Shown here in pieces: positions 1-9,400 of a stretch of DNA of 24,431 bases. Within the stretch, counting starts at the first letter, position 1. The number at the start of each line of letters is the position of its first letter. The stretch is taken from IMG/VR virus record IMGVR_UViG_3300044676_003660, positions 1 to 24,431 of that record. One strand, given 5' to 3'. This DNA is from a virus (Duplodnaviria; Caudoviricetes). A model generated the notes under the pieces. That model had not been told where the DNA came from. It saw only the letters and a list, made by a program, of their open reading frames with translations, and ran no database searches. The position numbers and the translations under genes were made by a program.

Positions 1-1
1 T

Positions 2-1714
2 TCTGGTGCGGTAGAGGTGTCGCCTTCGGATGCTGATGTTGCGTCAACAATGCCTGCGTTGGGTTTGCTAGATGATGCCTTGGCAAACAATGCTGAAGGC
101 TCAGCGACGGTGTTGGGGATTATTGGGGGCATTGACACTTCGTCTTATGCCATCAACGACGAGTTGTATGTGTCGACTACAGCAGGGGTGTTGACTGCGA
201 CTCGGCCTACAGGGGCGTCTGAGTTGGTGCAGAAGATTGGCCGTGTGGTGCGTGTTGACGCTTCAACGGGCGAGATTTTGGTGTTGGGTTCTGGTCGTGC
301 GAACGACGTGCCTAATGGCGCGTTGTCGAACGACACGACTGGTAATGCTGCTACTGCGACAGCGTTGGAAACGGCACGCACAATCAATGGCGTGTCGTTT
401 GATGGCACGGCGAACATTACGGTGGCTGCTGCTGCGGGGACGTTGACAGGTGCGACGTTGGCGTCTGGGGTGACGGCGTCTTCGTTGACTTCAGTGGGCA
501 CGTTGAGCGCTTTGAGCGTTGGCGGCAACATTACAGTTACGGGGACAGTTGACGGTCGTGATGTAGCGGCTGACGGCACGAAGCTTGACGGTATCGAATC
601 AGGAGCGGATGTTACTGACGCCGCTAACGTTGAAACAGCGATCGAAGCGATCACGTTGACTTCTGTTGCTGGAGCTACGGGAGATGAAATCCTTGTAGTT
701 GATGCCACTGATGGCGGGTTGAAAGCGGTTCTTTGGCAGAATCTGCCTGGCGGGGCTGTTGATTCGGTCAATAGTCAAACAGGCACGGTTGTTCTTGACG
801 CAGACGACATTTCTGATACGGCGACGACGAACAAGTTTACGACTGCGGCTGATATTACAAAGCTGGCAGGCATTGAATCGGGAGCTACTGCTGATCAAAC
901 TGCCGCTGACATCAGAGGGTTGGGGTTCTTTGATACAACGAATGACGGTACGGGTTCTGGGCTTGATGCGGATTTGTTGGATGGGAATCATGCGACTGCG
1001 TTTGCGACTGCGGCACAGGGTGCTACTGCTGATTCTGCGCTTCAGAACGTTGTAGAAGACACCACGCCGCAGCTTGGCGGTTCGTTGGATGTGAACGGTC
1101 AAGAGATCACTGGCGCTATTGATCTGCATTCGACGGGCGACGTGATTACTGAACTTGGTGACGCTGCTGGCGTCAACAAGTTGTCAGTCAGGGATTCAGC
1201 GGCTGTTGAGGTTGCTGCGTTTGATTCGGACGGCAACCTGACGTTGTCTGGGACTGTCGATGGCCGTGACGTAGCTGCTGACGGGACGAAGCTGGATGGG
1301 ATTGCTGCTGGTGCCGAGGTCAACGCTGTTGACTCGGTGAACTCGCAGACTGGCGTTGTTGTTCTGGACGCCGATGACATTTCGGATGCTGCTACGACCA
1401 ACAAGTTTACGACCGCTGCCGATATTACGAAGCTGGCTGGGATCGAAACGGGTGCTGACGTTACTGACGCAGCAAATGTTGAAACGTCTATTGAGGCGAT
1501 CACTCTTACTGCTGTTGCTGGTGCGACTGGCGACGAAGTGCTGATTGTTGACGCTACTGACGGCGGCTTGAAGGCAGTGTTGTGGGAAAATCTTCCTAGC
1601 AGTAGCGGTGTTACCAGCAGTGATGTAAATGATATTGTTGAGATCAGCCAAGCGTCGTATACAGCTTTAGGCGCTGGGCGACCCGCTAATCGTCTTTACC
1701 TGATTACGAGCTAG
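2..1714 (+). CDS. Tail fibre protein (5'-truncated; frame is open from the window edge)
   Basis: Gly/Ala/Thr/Asp-rich fibre motifs (GNAATATALETARTINGVSFDGTANIT, GSGLDADLLDG, VDGRDVAADGTKLDGI, VDSVNSQTG.VVL), internal duplicated modules, and a C-terminal ISQASYTAL...RLYLI motif typical of fibre ends. No stop upstream of the GTG at 17. Confidence 0.8.
   Translation, partial: SGAVEVSPSDADVASTMPALGLLDDALANNAEGSATVLGIIGGIDTSSYAINDELYVSTTAGVLTATRPTGASELVQKIGRVVRVDASTGEILVLGSGRANDVPNGALSNDTTGNAATATALETARTINGVSFDGTANITVAAAAGTLTGATLASGVTASSLTSVGTLSALSVGGNITVTGTVDGRDVAADGTKLDGIESGADVTDAANVETAIEAITLTSVAGATGDEILVVDATDGGLKAVLWQNLPGGAVDSVNSQTGTVVLDADDISDTATTNKFTTAADITKLAGIESGATADQTAADIRGLGFFDTTNDGTGSGLDADLLDGNHATAFATAAQGATADSALQNVVEDTTPQLGGSLDVNGQEITGAIDLHSTGDVITELGDAAGVNKLSVRDSAAVEVAAFDSDGNLTLSGTVDGRDVAADGTKLDGIAAGAEVNAVDSVNSQTGVVVLDADDISDAATTNKFTTAADITKLAGIETGADVTDAANVETSIEAITLTAVAGATGDEVLIVDATDGGLKAVLWENLPSSSGVTSSDVNDIVEISQASYTALGAGRPANRLYLITS
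542..1597 (+). repeat. Intragenic duplicated modules: A-B-C (542-886), then A-C-B (1250-1597)
   Basis: A 542-607/1250-1315, B 608-748/1457-1597, C 755-886/1325-1456. Peptides are near-identical and DNA differences are mostly synonymous. Confidence 0.9.
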
Positions 1715-1716
1715 TA

Positions 1717-3699
1717 ATGCCTGTACCCGATATTGTTAATCGAACCTACGCCAACGTTACGTCTGCTTCTTCAATTACTCTTGATATTCCAGATAATATT
1801 TGGGATAACGATCTTCTAATAGCCCTTCTTGCGAATGAAGACACGTCAAACAGTGGACCTGTTTGGGATAGTCCTCCTACGGGTTGGAGCATAATTGATA
1901 GAGACGGCAACGGACAGATTGATGTTCACAATGCCATCTTTTACAAGATTTGTGATGGTACAGAAAGCAATTCGACCGTTACTTTTACTTGGAACGGCGC
2001 AGGGTCATCGGACGATGCTGTTGGTTTTATTTTGCAAATACATGGGCATCATCTAACTAGCCCTATTGGTGCCGATGTAAACAAAACTTTGCAGATTGCA
2101 GCCTACGCTTCTGACAATCCTCCTGGTATTTCAGTAACTGGCGTGAGCGCTGATACTGGGCTAAACAATAATCAAGATATTCTAGGTATTGCTTTTACTT
2201 CAATAGATCACGGGCTCGGTGAGCCATATTTTCGGTCAACAACTTCTGCTTGGAAACGTGACACAATTATCAGCGACGGTGGAGTCGCTGATGGCTGGGC
2301 CAAGATCCAATCATCCTCCGCCGTCGACCACAACGCTCTCCGAGCACAAAACTCAAGTAACTCAGTATACGCTGGGTTTACTAGTGCTGATTACGCTAAC
2401 GCAACATCAGGCACTGAAGATATTACATGGGCTTATTTCTCTTTTTTTGGTTCAAGCGAAGAATCTAATGGCGCTTACGCTGCTATTTTTTCTGTCAACA
2501 GTCGGGCAGCCGCAGCACCAACGGCTCGTACTATTGCGCTAGATCAATACCAGCCAACTCGGTACAACGAAGTCAGGTTTTATTTTACGCCTGACGACAA
2601 CGCTAACCCCAGAGAGACATACTCTGTTGAAATAAGCACTGATAATACAAATTGGTCACCAGTTACTGAGGCAGCACCATTTTCAAGTTTTATCAGGTGG
2701 CAAAAATATGGAGATGCAGCCTCGTCGCAACCTTACAATATAAAGGTAAACGGGCTAACACAGGGGCAACAGTATTACTTTCGCTTGAAAAACAGTAACA
2801 GCCAAGGTACAGCTACTTCTAATGTCATTACGGGGTCGCCTGCATACTACGGAGCGTCTAGTACATTTGAGGGCGGCACTGACGGGCAAGACGCTGTTAC
2901 TAACGCTCCTTCATCTCCTTCAAATGCTTTTACGACTGCAACTGCTCGGAGTCCAACAACATTTACAGCCAATTACGACACGTCTACGGTAAAAAATGGC
3001 AGCACTGCATTAGAACTGCATGTACCAAATCAGGGGAACGGCTTCGATGGTGGTTATGTAGGGTGGCATCTAAACGAAGAGCGTTACAGCCTAAATGAGC
3101 CTTTTGATACATATGCTGTAAGACAATATATATATGCACGAGCGTATTTCTATATTGGCTCTATCCCATCGAGTAACGATAATCTGGATCTTTTTAGGTT
3201 TCTGGGTGATGGAGGTTCGGACTCCATTCGTATTAGCCTTGATGCTTCGACTGGGTATTTGTCGATAAGGGACACCAACGAACCCGTTCCTTCATTGACT
3301 GGATCTACTGCTGTTTCTACTGGGCAATGGGTCCGTATAGAAACAAAAGTACAGTTCTCATACTCTAAAGGATCAAACGACGTATGGGTTCGGTTGTACA
3401 ACAACGCTGATTCAACAACCTTTAGTGAATCGTTCGATACTACTAGCCTAATAAGTCCAGTCTCTAAGGCATATCTAGCCTGCGGCGCTTTTTATGTAGG
3501 CGTTAGTGGCAGTAATATTACAACTTGGTTTGATGATGTAGTTGTGAGAGATGGCGGTGATGATGACTGGATAGGTCCAGCGTCAACTTCTTCCACTTCA
3601 TTCCAAGGCAAGTTGGGTGATCTGACGGTGTCAAAGATGTATCTGGGGGATACGGAAGTTACTGGTGGGTATCTTGGAGATATCGACCTATGGGCATAA
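1717..3699 (+). CDS. Putative receptor-binding/adhesin tail protein with FN3-like and beta-sandwich domains
   Basis: 660 aa, Ser/Thr/Asn/aromatic-rich. FN3-like signature YSVEIS...VNGLTQGQQYYFRLKNSNSQG; lectin/LamG-like segment (GQWVRIE, TWFDDVVV); directly follows the tail fibre; visibly AT-richer than its flanks. Confidence 0.6.
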   Translation: MPVPDIVNRTYANVTSASSITLDIPDNIWDNDLLIALLANEDTSNSGPVWDSPPTGWSIIDRDGNGQIDVHNAIFYKICDGTESNSTVTFTWNGAGSSDDAVGFILQIHGHHLTSPIGADVNKTLQIAAYASDNPPGISVTGVSADTGLNNNQDILGIAFTSIDHGLGEPYFRSTTSAWKRDTIISDGGVADGWAKIQSSSAVDHNALRAQNSSNSVYAGFTSADYANATSGTEDITWAYFSFFGSSEESNGAYAAIFSVNSRAAAAPTARTIALDQYQPTRYNEVRFYFTPDDNANPRETYSVEISTDNTNWSPVTEAAPFSSFIRWQKYGDAASSQPYNIKVNGLTQGQQYYFRLKNSNSQGTATSNVITGSPAYYGASSTFEGGTDGQDAVTNAPSSPSNAFTTATARSPTTFTANYDTSTVKNGSTALELHVPNQGNGFDGGYVGWHLNEERYSLNEPFDTYAVRQYIYARAYFYIGSIPSSNDNLDLFRFLGDGGSDSIRISLDASTGYLSIRDTNEPVPSLTGSTAVSTGQWVRIETKVQFSYSKGSNDVWVRLYNNADSTTFSESFDTTSLISPVSKAYLACGAFYVGVSGSNITTWFDDVVVRDGGDDDWIGPASTSSTSFQGKLGDLTVSKMYLGDTEVTGGYLGDIDLWA

Positions 3700-3708
3700 G
3701 GTAAGGTT

Positions 3709-4473
3709 ATGGGCAGAACTGTTATTACACGGGCAGGTTGGAACGCAACACCGCCTTCTAGACCGTTTTCTCGCCGTTGGCGGAAAACGGTTGGAATTGT
3801 GTTGCATCACGGTGGAGTGCGAGGAACAAAACCTGGTCCTGCCACAGTAAAAACGTTTGAACGGCATCATTTGTCACGTGGTTGGAAAGGCATTGCATAC
3901 AACTGGCTAGTTGATGATGGCGGCGTAATTTACGAGGGCCGTGGCAACGGCATGGTAGGTGGCGCCACGAAGGGCTGGAATTCTCGGACCGAGTCAATTT
4001 GTTACACGGGTTGGGGTGACGGGCCGATGTCTAATGCCGCTCGTGAAGCAATTGCGGAGCTTGTAGGCGACATCCAATCTCGTTACGGCAATAAGTTGTG
4101 GGTAAAAGGCCATCGTGATTTTGCTTCTACGGCGTGCCCTGGGGGGATGGCGTATGGGTGGATGAAAGATGGCATGCAGTTGCCTGTTGATTCAGATCCT
4201 GAACCGCAGATTGATTGGGCTGCTGTTCGTGCGTATGTAGATGCGTTGGGTGTTGAGGTTGCGAAGAAGCCGTTGTCTAAGTGGCGGCGTTCTCGTGGAC
4301 AGGCCGTCAGGCTTGTTCAACGACATATGAAAGTTAAAGGAATTGATCCTGGCCCTGTTGACGGAATTTACGGTTCAAAAACTGCTTCGGCTGTGAAGCA
4401 GTTCCAGTGGGGAACTGGGTTGCCTGCTAATGGTGCTGTTAATGGCGTCACATGGCGTGCTTTGTTCGGGTAG
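3709..4473 (+). CDS. Endolysin: N-acetylmuramoyl-L-alanine amidase (Amidase_2/PGRP type) with C-terminal peptidoglycan-binding domain
   Basis: LHH, GIAYNWLV...IYEGRG, GHRDFASTACPG (Zn ligands H/H/C); C-terminal DPGPVDGIYGSKTASAVKQFQ...L..NG.V...TW (PG_binding_1 signature). Confidence 0.92.
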   Translation: MGRTVITRAGWNATPPSRPFSRRWRKTVGIVLHHGGVRGTKPGPATVKTFERHHLSRGWKGIAYNWLVDDGGVIYEGRGNGMVGGATKGWNSRTESICYTGWGDGPMSNAAREAIAELVGDIQSRYGNKLWVKGHRDFASTACPGGMAYGWMKDGMQLPVDSDPEPQIDWAAVRAYVDALGVEVAKKPLSKWRRSRGQAVRLVQRHMKVKGIDPGPVDGIYGSKTASAVKQFQWGTGLPANGAVNGVTWRALFG

Positions 4474-4482
4474 ACTAAAAGC

Positions 4483-4632
4483 ATGGACGTTACCCCTAAT
4501 GATGTTATTGGCGTGATGCAGTCACGATTTCCGCATGAATTGGAAATTTGTGTTCTTACAGCGCAAGTGCAAAAGTTGCAAGCAGAATTAGAAGCCGCAG
4601 CTGCTGTAGACGCCGAAGATACCGCTGATTAG
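4483..4632 (+). CDS. Small hypothetical protein (49 aa, coiled-coil-like)
   Basis: Hand-translated MDVTPNDVIGVMQSRFPHELEICVLTAQVQKLQAELEAAAAVDAEDTAD; fills the gap after the endolysin; not in the ORF track. Confidence 0.65.
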   Translation: MDVTPNDVIGVMQSRFPHELEICVLTAQVQKLQAELEAAAAVDAEDTAD

Positions 4633-4648
4633 GCGGTAGAACGCTGTC

Positions 4649-4670
4649 CAGACCCTATTAGGAGGGTCTG
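4649..4670 (+). promoter_or_regulatory. Hairpin occluding the RBS of the 4671 gene
   Basis: CAGACCCT-ATTAGG-AGGGTCTG is a perfect 8-bp stem that overlaps AGGAGG and ends immediately before the ATG. Confidence 0.55.
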
Positions 4671-5105
4671 ATGGCGTACGCACCAATTACCATGTCAGCT
4701 GCCGAGCGGGTCGGTTTTGAACGTCAACGTTCTGACATTGACTACGGGTATCAGCAGCAGATTGTTCAGAACGCTGGGCAACGGCAGTTTCTGAATGTTC
4801 AACAGTCGCAGGCGCAGCGTGATCTTGCACGGGCGCTTAATCGCGCCCGTCAGCAAATTCCTGGCCAGTATGCGCAGCGTGGTTTGTTGCGTTCTGGTAT
4901 TTACGGTGCTGGTTTGGGGGAGTTTGAAGAGGATCGGATTATTGCTGAGTCTCGTCAGGCCCGTGATTTTGGTATGCAACGTATGGATCTGACTCAAGCG
5001 TTGTCTTCGGCTGATATTAATCGTGCTATGCAGATGGCAAACATTGATTTGAGTGAGGCGCAACGCCGTTCTGCTATTGCTGCGATGCTGGGCGGAGCGT
5101 ACTAA
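4671..5105 (+). CDS. Putative internal virion/DNA ejection protein
   Basis: Strong SD AGGAGG; Gln/Arg/Ala-rich helical protein with an AQRGLLRSG motif; first of three coupled genes of increasing size. Confidence 0.5.
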   Translation: MAYAPITMSAAERVGFERQRSDIDYGYQQQIVQNAGQRQFLNVQQSQAQRDLARALNRARQQIPGQYAQRGLLRSGIYGAGLGEFEEDRIIAESRQARDFGMQRMDLTQALSSADINRAMQMANIDLSEAQRRSAIAAMLGGAY

Positions 5106-6412
5106 TGGGCATTTTGGACGAAATCAAAGAAGAAATTCAAGGTTTTTTCTATGACCCTGTTGGATCCGCAATGGGAGGAAATAGCGGGGTTCCAATTTCT
5201 TCAACGATGCGGGAAATTAATGAACAAGCAAATTCACTTGTTTTAGATCCTGTGGGGTATTTAACCAGTTATCAAAGTTTGCCTGCAGAAGTAAAGTTAA
5301 TATTTGACGCTTCAAACGTAAGCCCGTATGACGAACCAGGTAGGTTCCGTGAAGCGTCGCTGCGTTCTGCGGCCGAGTCGCAGAACTTGGGGTTCAAGTT
5401 GGCTGCCCAAGCCAGAGACGAGGCAATGTGGGCTAACTTGTTTTCTCGCACTGGTTCGGGATCTGGTAGCTCCTCGGTTGTAGACGACTCCAAACTGCAA
5501 ATGATGCAGACTGCTATTGATGACACGTTGGCTCGTGGCATGGAGCAGTTGAACACCCAGTATCAGATTATGGCTGACGAGTTGGCTCGTCAGCAGACTT
5601 TGGCTTCTGGTGAGATCAAGCGTGCCCGTCAACAGGCAATGGCTTCAATTAGCGGTTTGATCTCTGACGTAACGCAACGTGGTTCTGAAGCGCAAGCCAG
5701 CATTCTTGAGTCTGCTGCCCGTACTGGGGTTGGTGTGGCGGCGGCTACAGAGCAGGCGTTGGCTCGGTTGGGTTCTACTGATGCTGTGATTTCCGAGGGG
5801 ATTCGTCAGCGGCTTGCAGGCGAGGGCGAGGCCGAGTTGGGGTTGGCTCGGTCTGAGGCGGATATTCAGTCTGATTTGGGTGCTCGTTTAACTCAGATTT
5901 CGCAGGATGCGTTGGGTCGTCAGCAAGGTTTGGTGGGTGCTCTTGCTCAGGGTTCGTCTGCCGAGTTGGGCAATTTGGCGGCTTCTGTGACTGCGCAGCG
6001 TGCGCAGGAACAGTCAGCTGCAGAGTTCCAGTTGAATGAGCAGGCTCGTCAGCAGGCGTTGGAATTGATGTTGAATCCGCCGACGAGGGCTGTTGGTGGT
6101 TCTGCGGCGGGCGATTTGAACAAGTACGCTTTGGAGTTGCAAGTTCTGAAAGACATGGGTATTGATCCTAAGAATGCGTTGATGGCTGTTGTTGGCGGCT
6201 ACGAGGACGAGTTGATTCAAAGCCGAAGCGGGTTTGCTGATAATGGCGCTCTGAGCGATGCTCAACTTTTGGTGCAAACTGGAATTGCTGGCGGTGATTA
6301 CGGCCAGGAATACTTTGCTGATCAGGCACGAAACGCTCTTGGAGAAAACAATATCGACGACGCGCTAACTTACGCTGAGATTATTAGCGCGCTCGGTGAA
6401 GGGCCACAGTAA
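5105..6412 (+). CDS. Putative internal virion/ejection protein (helical, Ala/Gln/Gly-rich)
   Basis: 435 aa, TAATG coupling to the upstream gene, no Cys, long helical/coiled-coil composition. Confidence 0.55.
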   Translation: MGILDEIKEEIQGFFYDPVGSAMGGNSGVPISSTMREINEQANSLVLDPVGYLTSYQSLPAEVKLIFDASNVSPYDEPGRFREASLRSAAESQNLGFKLAAQARDEAMWANLFSRTGSGSGSSSVVDDSKLQMMQTAIDDTLARGMEQLNTQYQIMADELARQQTLASGEIKRARQQAMASISGLISDVTQRGSEAQASILESAARTGVGVAAATEQALARLGSTDAVISEGIRQRLAGEGEAELGLARSEADIQSDLGARLTQISQDALGRQQGLVGALAQGSSAELGNLAASVTAQRAQEQSAAEFQLNEQARQQALELMLNPPTRAVGGSAAGDLNKYALELQVLKDMGIDPKNALMAVVGGYEDELIQSRSGFADNGALSDAQLLVQTGIAGGDYGQEYFADQARNALGENNIDDALTYAEIISALGEGPQ

Positions 6413-6414
6413 TC

Positions 6415-9400
6415 GTGGCTGAAGATTACGCAGCTGACTTTGATCAAGCGTTGCAAGACATCGCTAACAAGTACGGCGCCTCTGTGGGTGCCGTAAAAAA
6501 CATTGTTGCTCAAGATCCTGTGTTGTCTCAGTTTGATCCTGCTAACCCGCAGGATTGGTCTTTTAGCCTGACAGACGTTCCTAATCTTGCTCCTGTAGCG
6601 CAGGAATACAACCCTGGCCGTTTGTCTGACTCTTTGCTGGCTACTATTCGTGAGGGCTGGGAAAACGGTAAGTCTGAACCTGTAGAAGACGTTGGTTTCT
6701 TTAAAAGCCTGTTGGATGTCGGCATCAAGGTAATTGATGTGATTGACACGCCTCGTGCGATCGTCACGTCTGCCGTCAAAGAGGTCGGTGACATCTTTGA
6801 CTCTGACGAACAGTTTTCGTTGACAGAGTTCTATGAACAGTCACGAGACAACATCGGGTTCGGTGATGTCATTCAAGACTGGGCACCAGGCTTGGGTGAG
6901 GTTGAGCTGTTTGGTGTGAAGCCGCTCGACAACATCGCTGGGTTTATCGGTGAAGTTGCGCTTGACCCGTTTACTTGGTTGACGTTGGGCACGCTGCCTG
7001 CCGCTAAGGCAGGCACGATGGGCATCGTCAAGATGCTTGCGGGCATGGGCGATGCAGGCAAAGCCCGTCAGGTCTTTAGGGGCGGCATTCGTGCTCTGTC
7101 GGGCGACGACATGTCGAGACTGACCGACTTCGCACGGTCAACGGGCCGTATCGGTGCAGACGACGTGATCGATGGCGGTCTGCAGTTCCGTATCCCGCTG
7201 TCGAAGACGTTTTCACGGTTTACGAGCGGCAAGGTGGCTCCGAAGCAGATTCGGTTGATGTCGCAGGACAACCTGTTTCTGAAGTGGACTCCCCGTGTAG
7301 GCGTCAACGTCGTTGCACAGAAGTTCCGCATGAGCCGCATGGGCGGCGTGCTTGGCGGTGACCGTGCCTTGTCAAAGCGGATGCTTGTCGATCCTGACAT
7401 CAGTGATGCTGAGTGGCTGGATCACTTCAACCACATCTTGATTGACAACGTGGCCCGTGCGAAGGAACGTGGTCTGCGGACCACGTTGGAAAACTCTTGG
7501 GGCATCTTGGCAAAGCGGCTGATCGATGCCGACATCACGGGTGCTGACATTCAGCGGGCGTTGGGTTTTGATGAGCCGCCCGAGGGGATGAATCCTGCGA
7601 TCTGGCGAGAGATCAAGGACTTCGCTGAGAAGATCCGCAAGGACGCCAACGACATTGTGGGCGAGGAATGGATCCCGTTCCGAGACAACTGGCAGTTGTC
7701 GATCCCGACTGCTGAATGGGTCGAGTACCTGACGAAGAACGGCAACAGGAACCCGATCTTCTCTGACCCGCAAGGCATCGCTCACTTTGAGAAGAAGGCC
7801 AACATCGTTGAGGGTGCCGAGTTTATGGGTGTCACTCTTCGCCCCCCCAGCGAGGCTGGGGCGACGGTGCGTGAACAGGCTCGTCAGATCTTCAACGAGC
7901 ACGCTCAGGAACTGGGTGGCGCTGCCGAGGCAATCAAGTGGTTCAACGACGATGTGTATGAGGCGATGCCGATCCACATCAAGTTGGTGTCGCAGCGTGC
8001 CCGCCGCAAGTTCACTCATAACGAGATGATCAAAGCGGGCATCATTCAGGACCGCATCGTTGAGAGTCCTGCGGCTATCAAGGCTCAAGCGGAATACGAC
8101 CAGATCGAGCGTGACATCAACGAGTTGGCGCAGCTGATCGAAGACACGACAGCTGCAGCGAACGCTATGGATGCAGCCAGGCCAGGTGTCGCCGAAGAGG
8201 TCAAGGAGCTGTATGACAAGCTGATGGATCTGCGCCGCAAGAAGGCGGCGCTGTTTAATGTTGAGATGCCTGAGCCTGATCTCAGCAACAACATCTGGCG
8301 TCGTGTAGCCGCCGAATCTGTCGAGTACGAAGAACAGCTTGACGGGGTCATTGACGCTGTCTCTACGAAGACGGCTCAGAAGGTCGACGAGATCGATTCT
8401 GCGATCGATCGTCTGGAACGTCACGCTGAGTTCCTTGAGGCCGAAGAGGCCCGCATCAAGGGTGGCTACTACAAGCTGCTGGAGATACGGAACGAGTTGT
8501 GGGCGCGTGGTTCTGTGCTGCGTGAGACGTTGGATCAGGTTCCTTTGGATGAGGCGAAGCCGCTTCTGGAGGAGTTGGATCGGATCGCTCAGGATTTGCG
8601 TGACATTACGGAGCCGTTGGCTCAGGCTCGGGCTGACTGGTTGGCTCAGGCGGGTGAGGCAAACGATGCGTTGATTGCTATGGCGAAGCCAACTCGAGTT
8701 GTGGCGAGCGCTGGCGTGACGATCGGCAAGATCCGTGAGATTCGGAAGTTGTTCCGTGCGCAGGCTCATGTGTTCGGCAACATGGTTCGGAACGATCCGA
8801 AGTGGTCGCCGTGGCTTGCTGGTGTTGGGGCTGAGCCTGCTGGCAGGTTGGTTCGTGCCCGTATGGATGAGCTGTTGGATGACCTTGGTTTGCCTGCGGG
8901 GATGAACATCAAGTCGATAGCTCAGTTGGATGAGCTTGAAGCGAAGCTGATGGGCATTATCCAGATGGAGAAGGCCAACATTCGCCGTTTGGGTCGTCTT
9001 GGCAATGAGACTATTCGTGACTACAACGGTTGGGCTGAGTGGCAGGAGCAGCTGCAGGCCGAGTTTGATGACGTGTTGGCTCGGCTGGGTGAGATCCAGT
9101 TGGATCCTGACATTGCTGAGGGCATTCAGGAAGCGTTGACGATGTTGCGGGTCAACGCAGACGGCTATTTGTCGTTTGGTGATCAGACGGTGTTGTGGCA
9201 CGGGTTCGGCCCGAACTACGACGCTGTCGATCTGACTCAGATCCCTGACCCTGGCAAGATGAACACCAGCGAGTGGGATTCGTTTTTGCACATGCATCTG
9301 GCGTTTGATCCCAGCACGTCGTTGAAGTATGCGGGTCGGGATCCCAGCAAGGTGTTGGGGTTCAAGGTGCGGGCTTCGAACCCTGTGGTGTTTGGCGGGT

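Noticed and set aside
542-1597. Tail fibre repeats as a DGR template/variable repeat pair
   Set aside because: Differences are mainly synonymous rather than adenine-specific, both copies are in-frame coding, and no reverse transcriptase is present.
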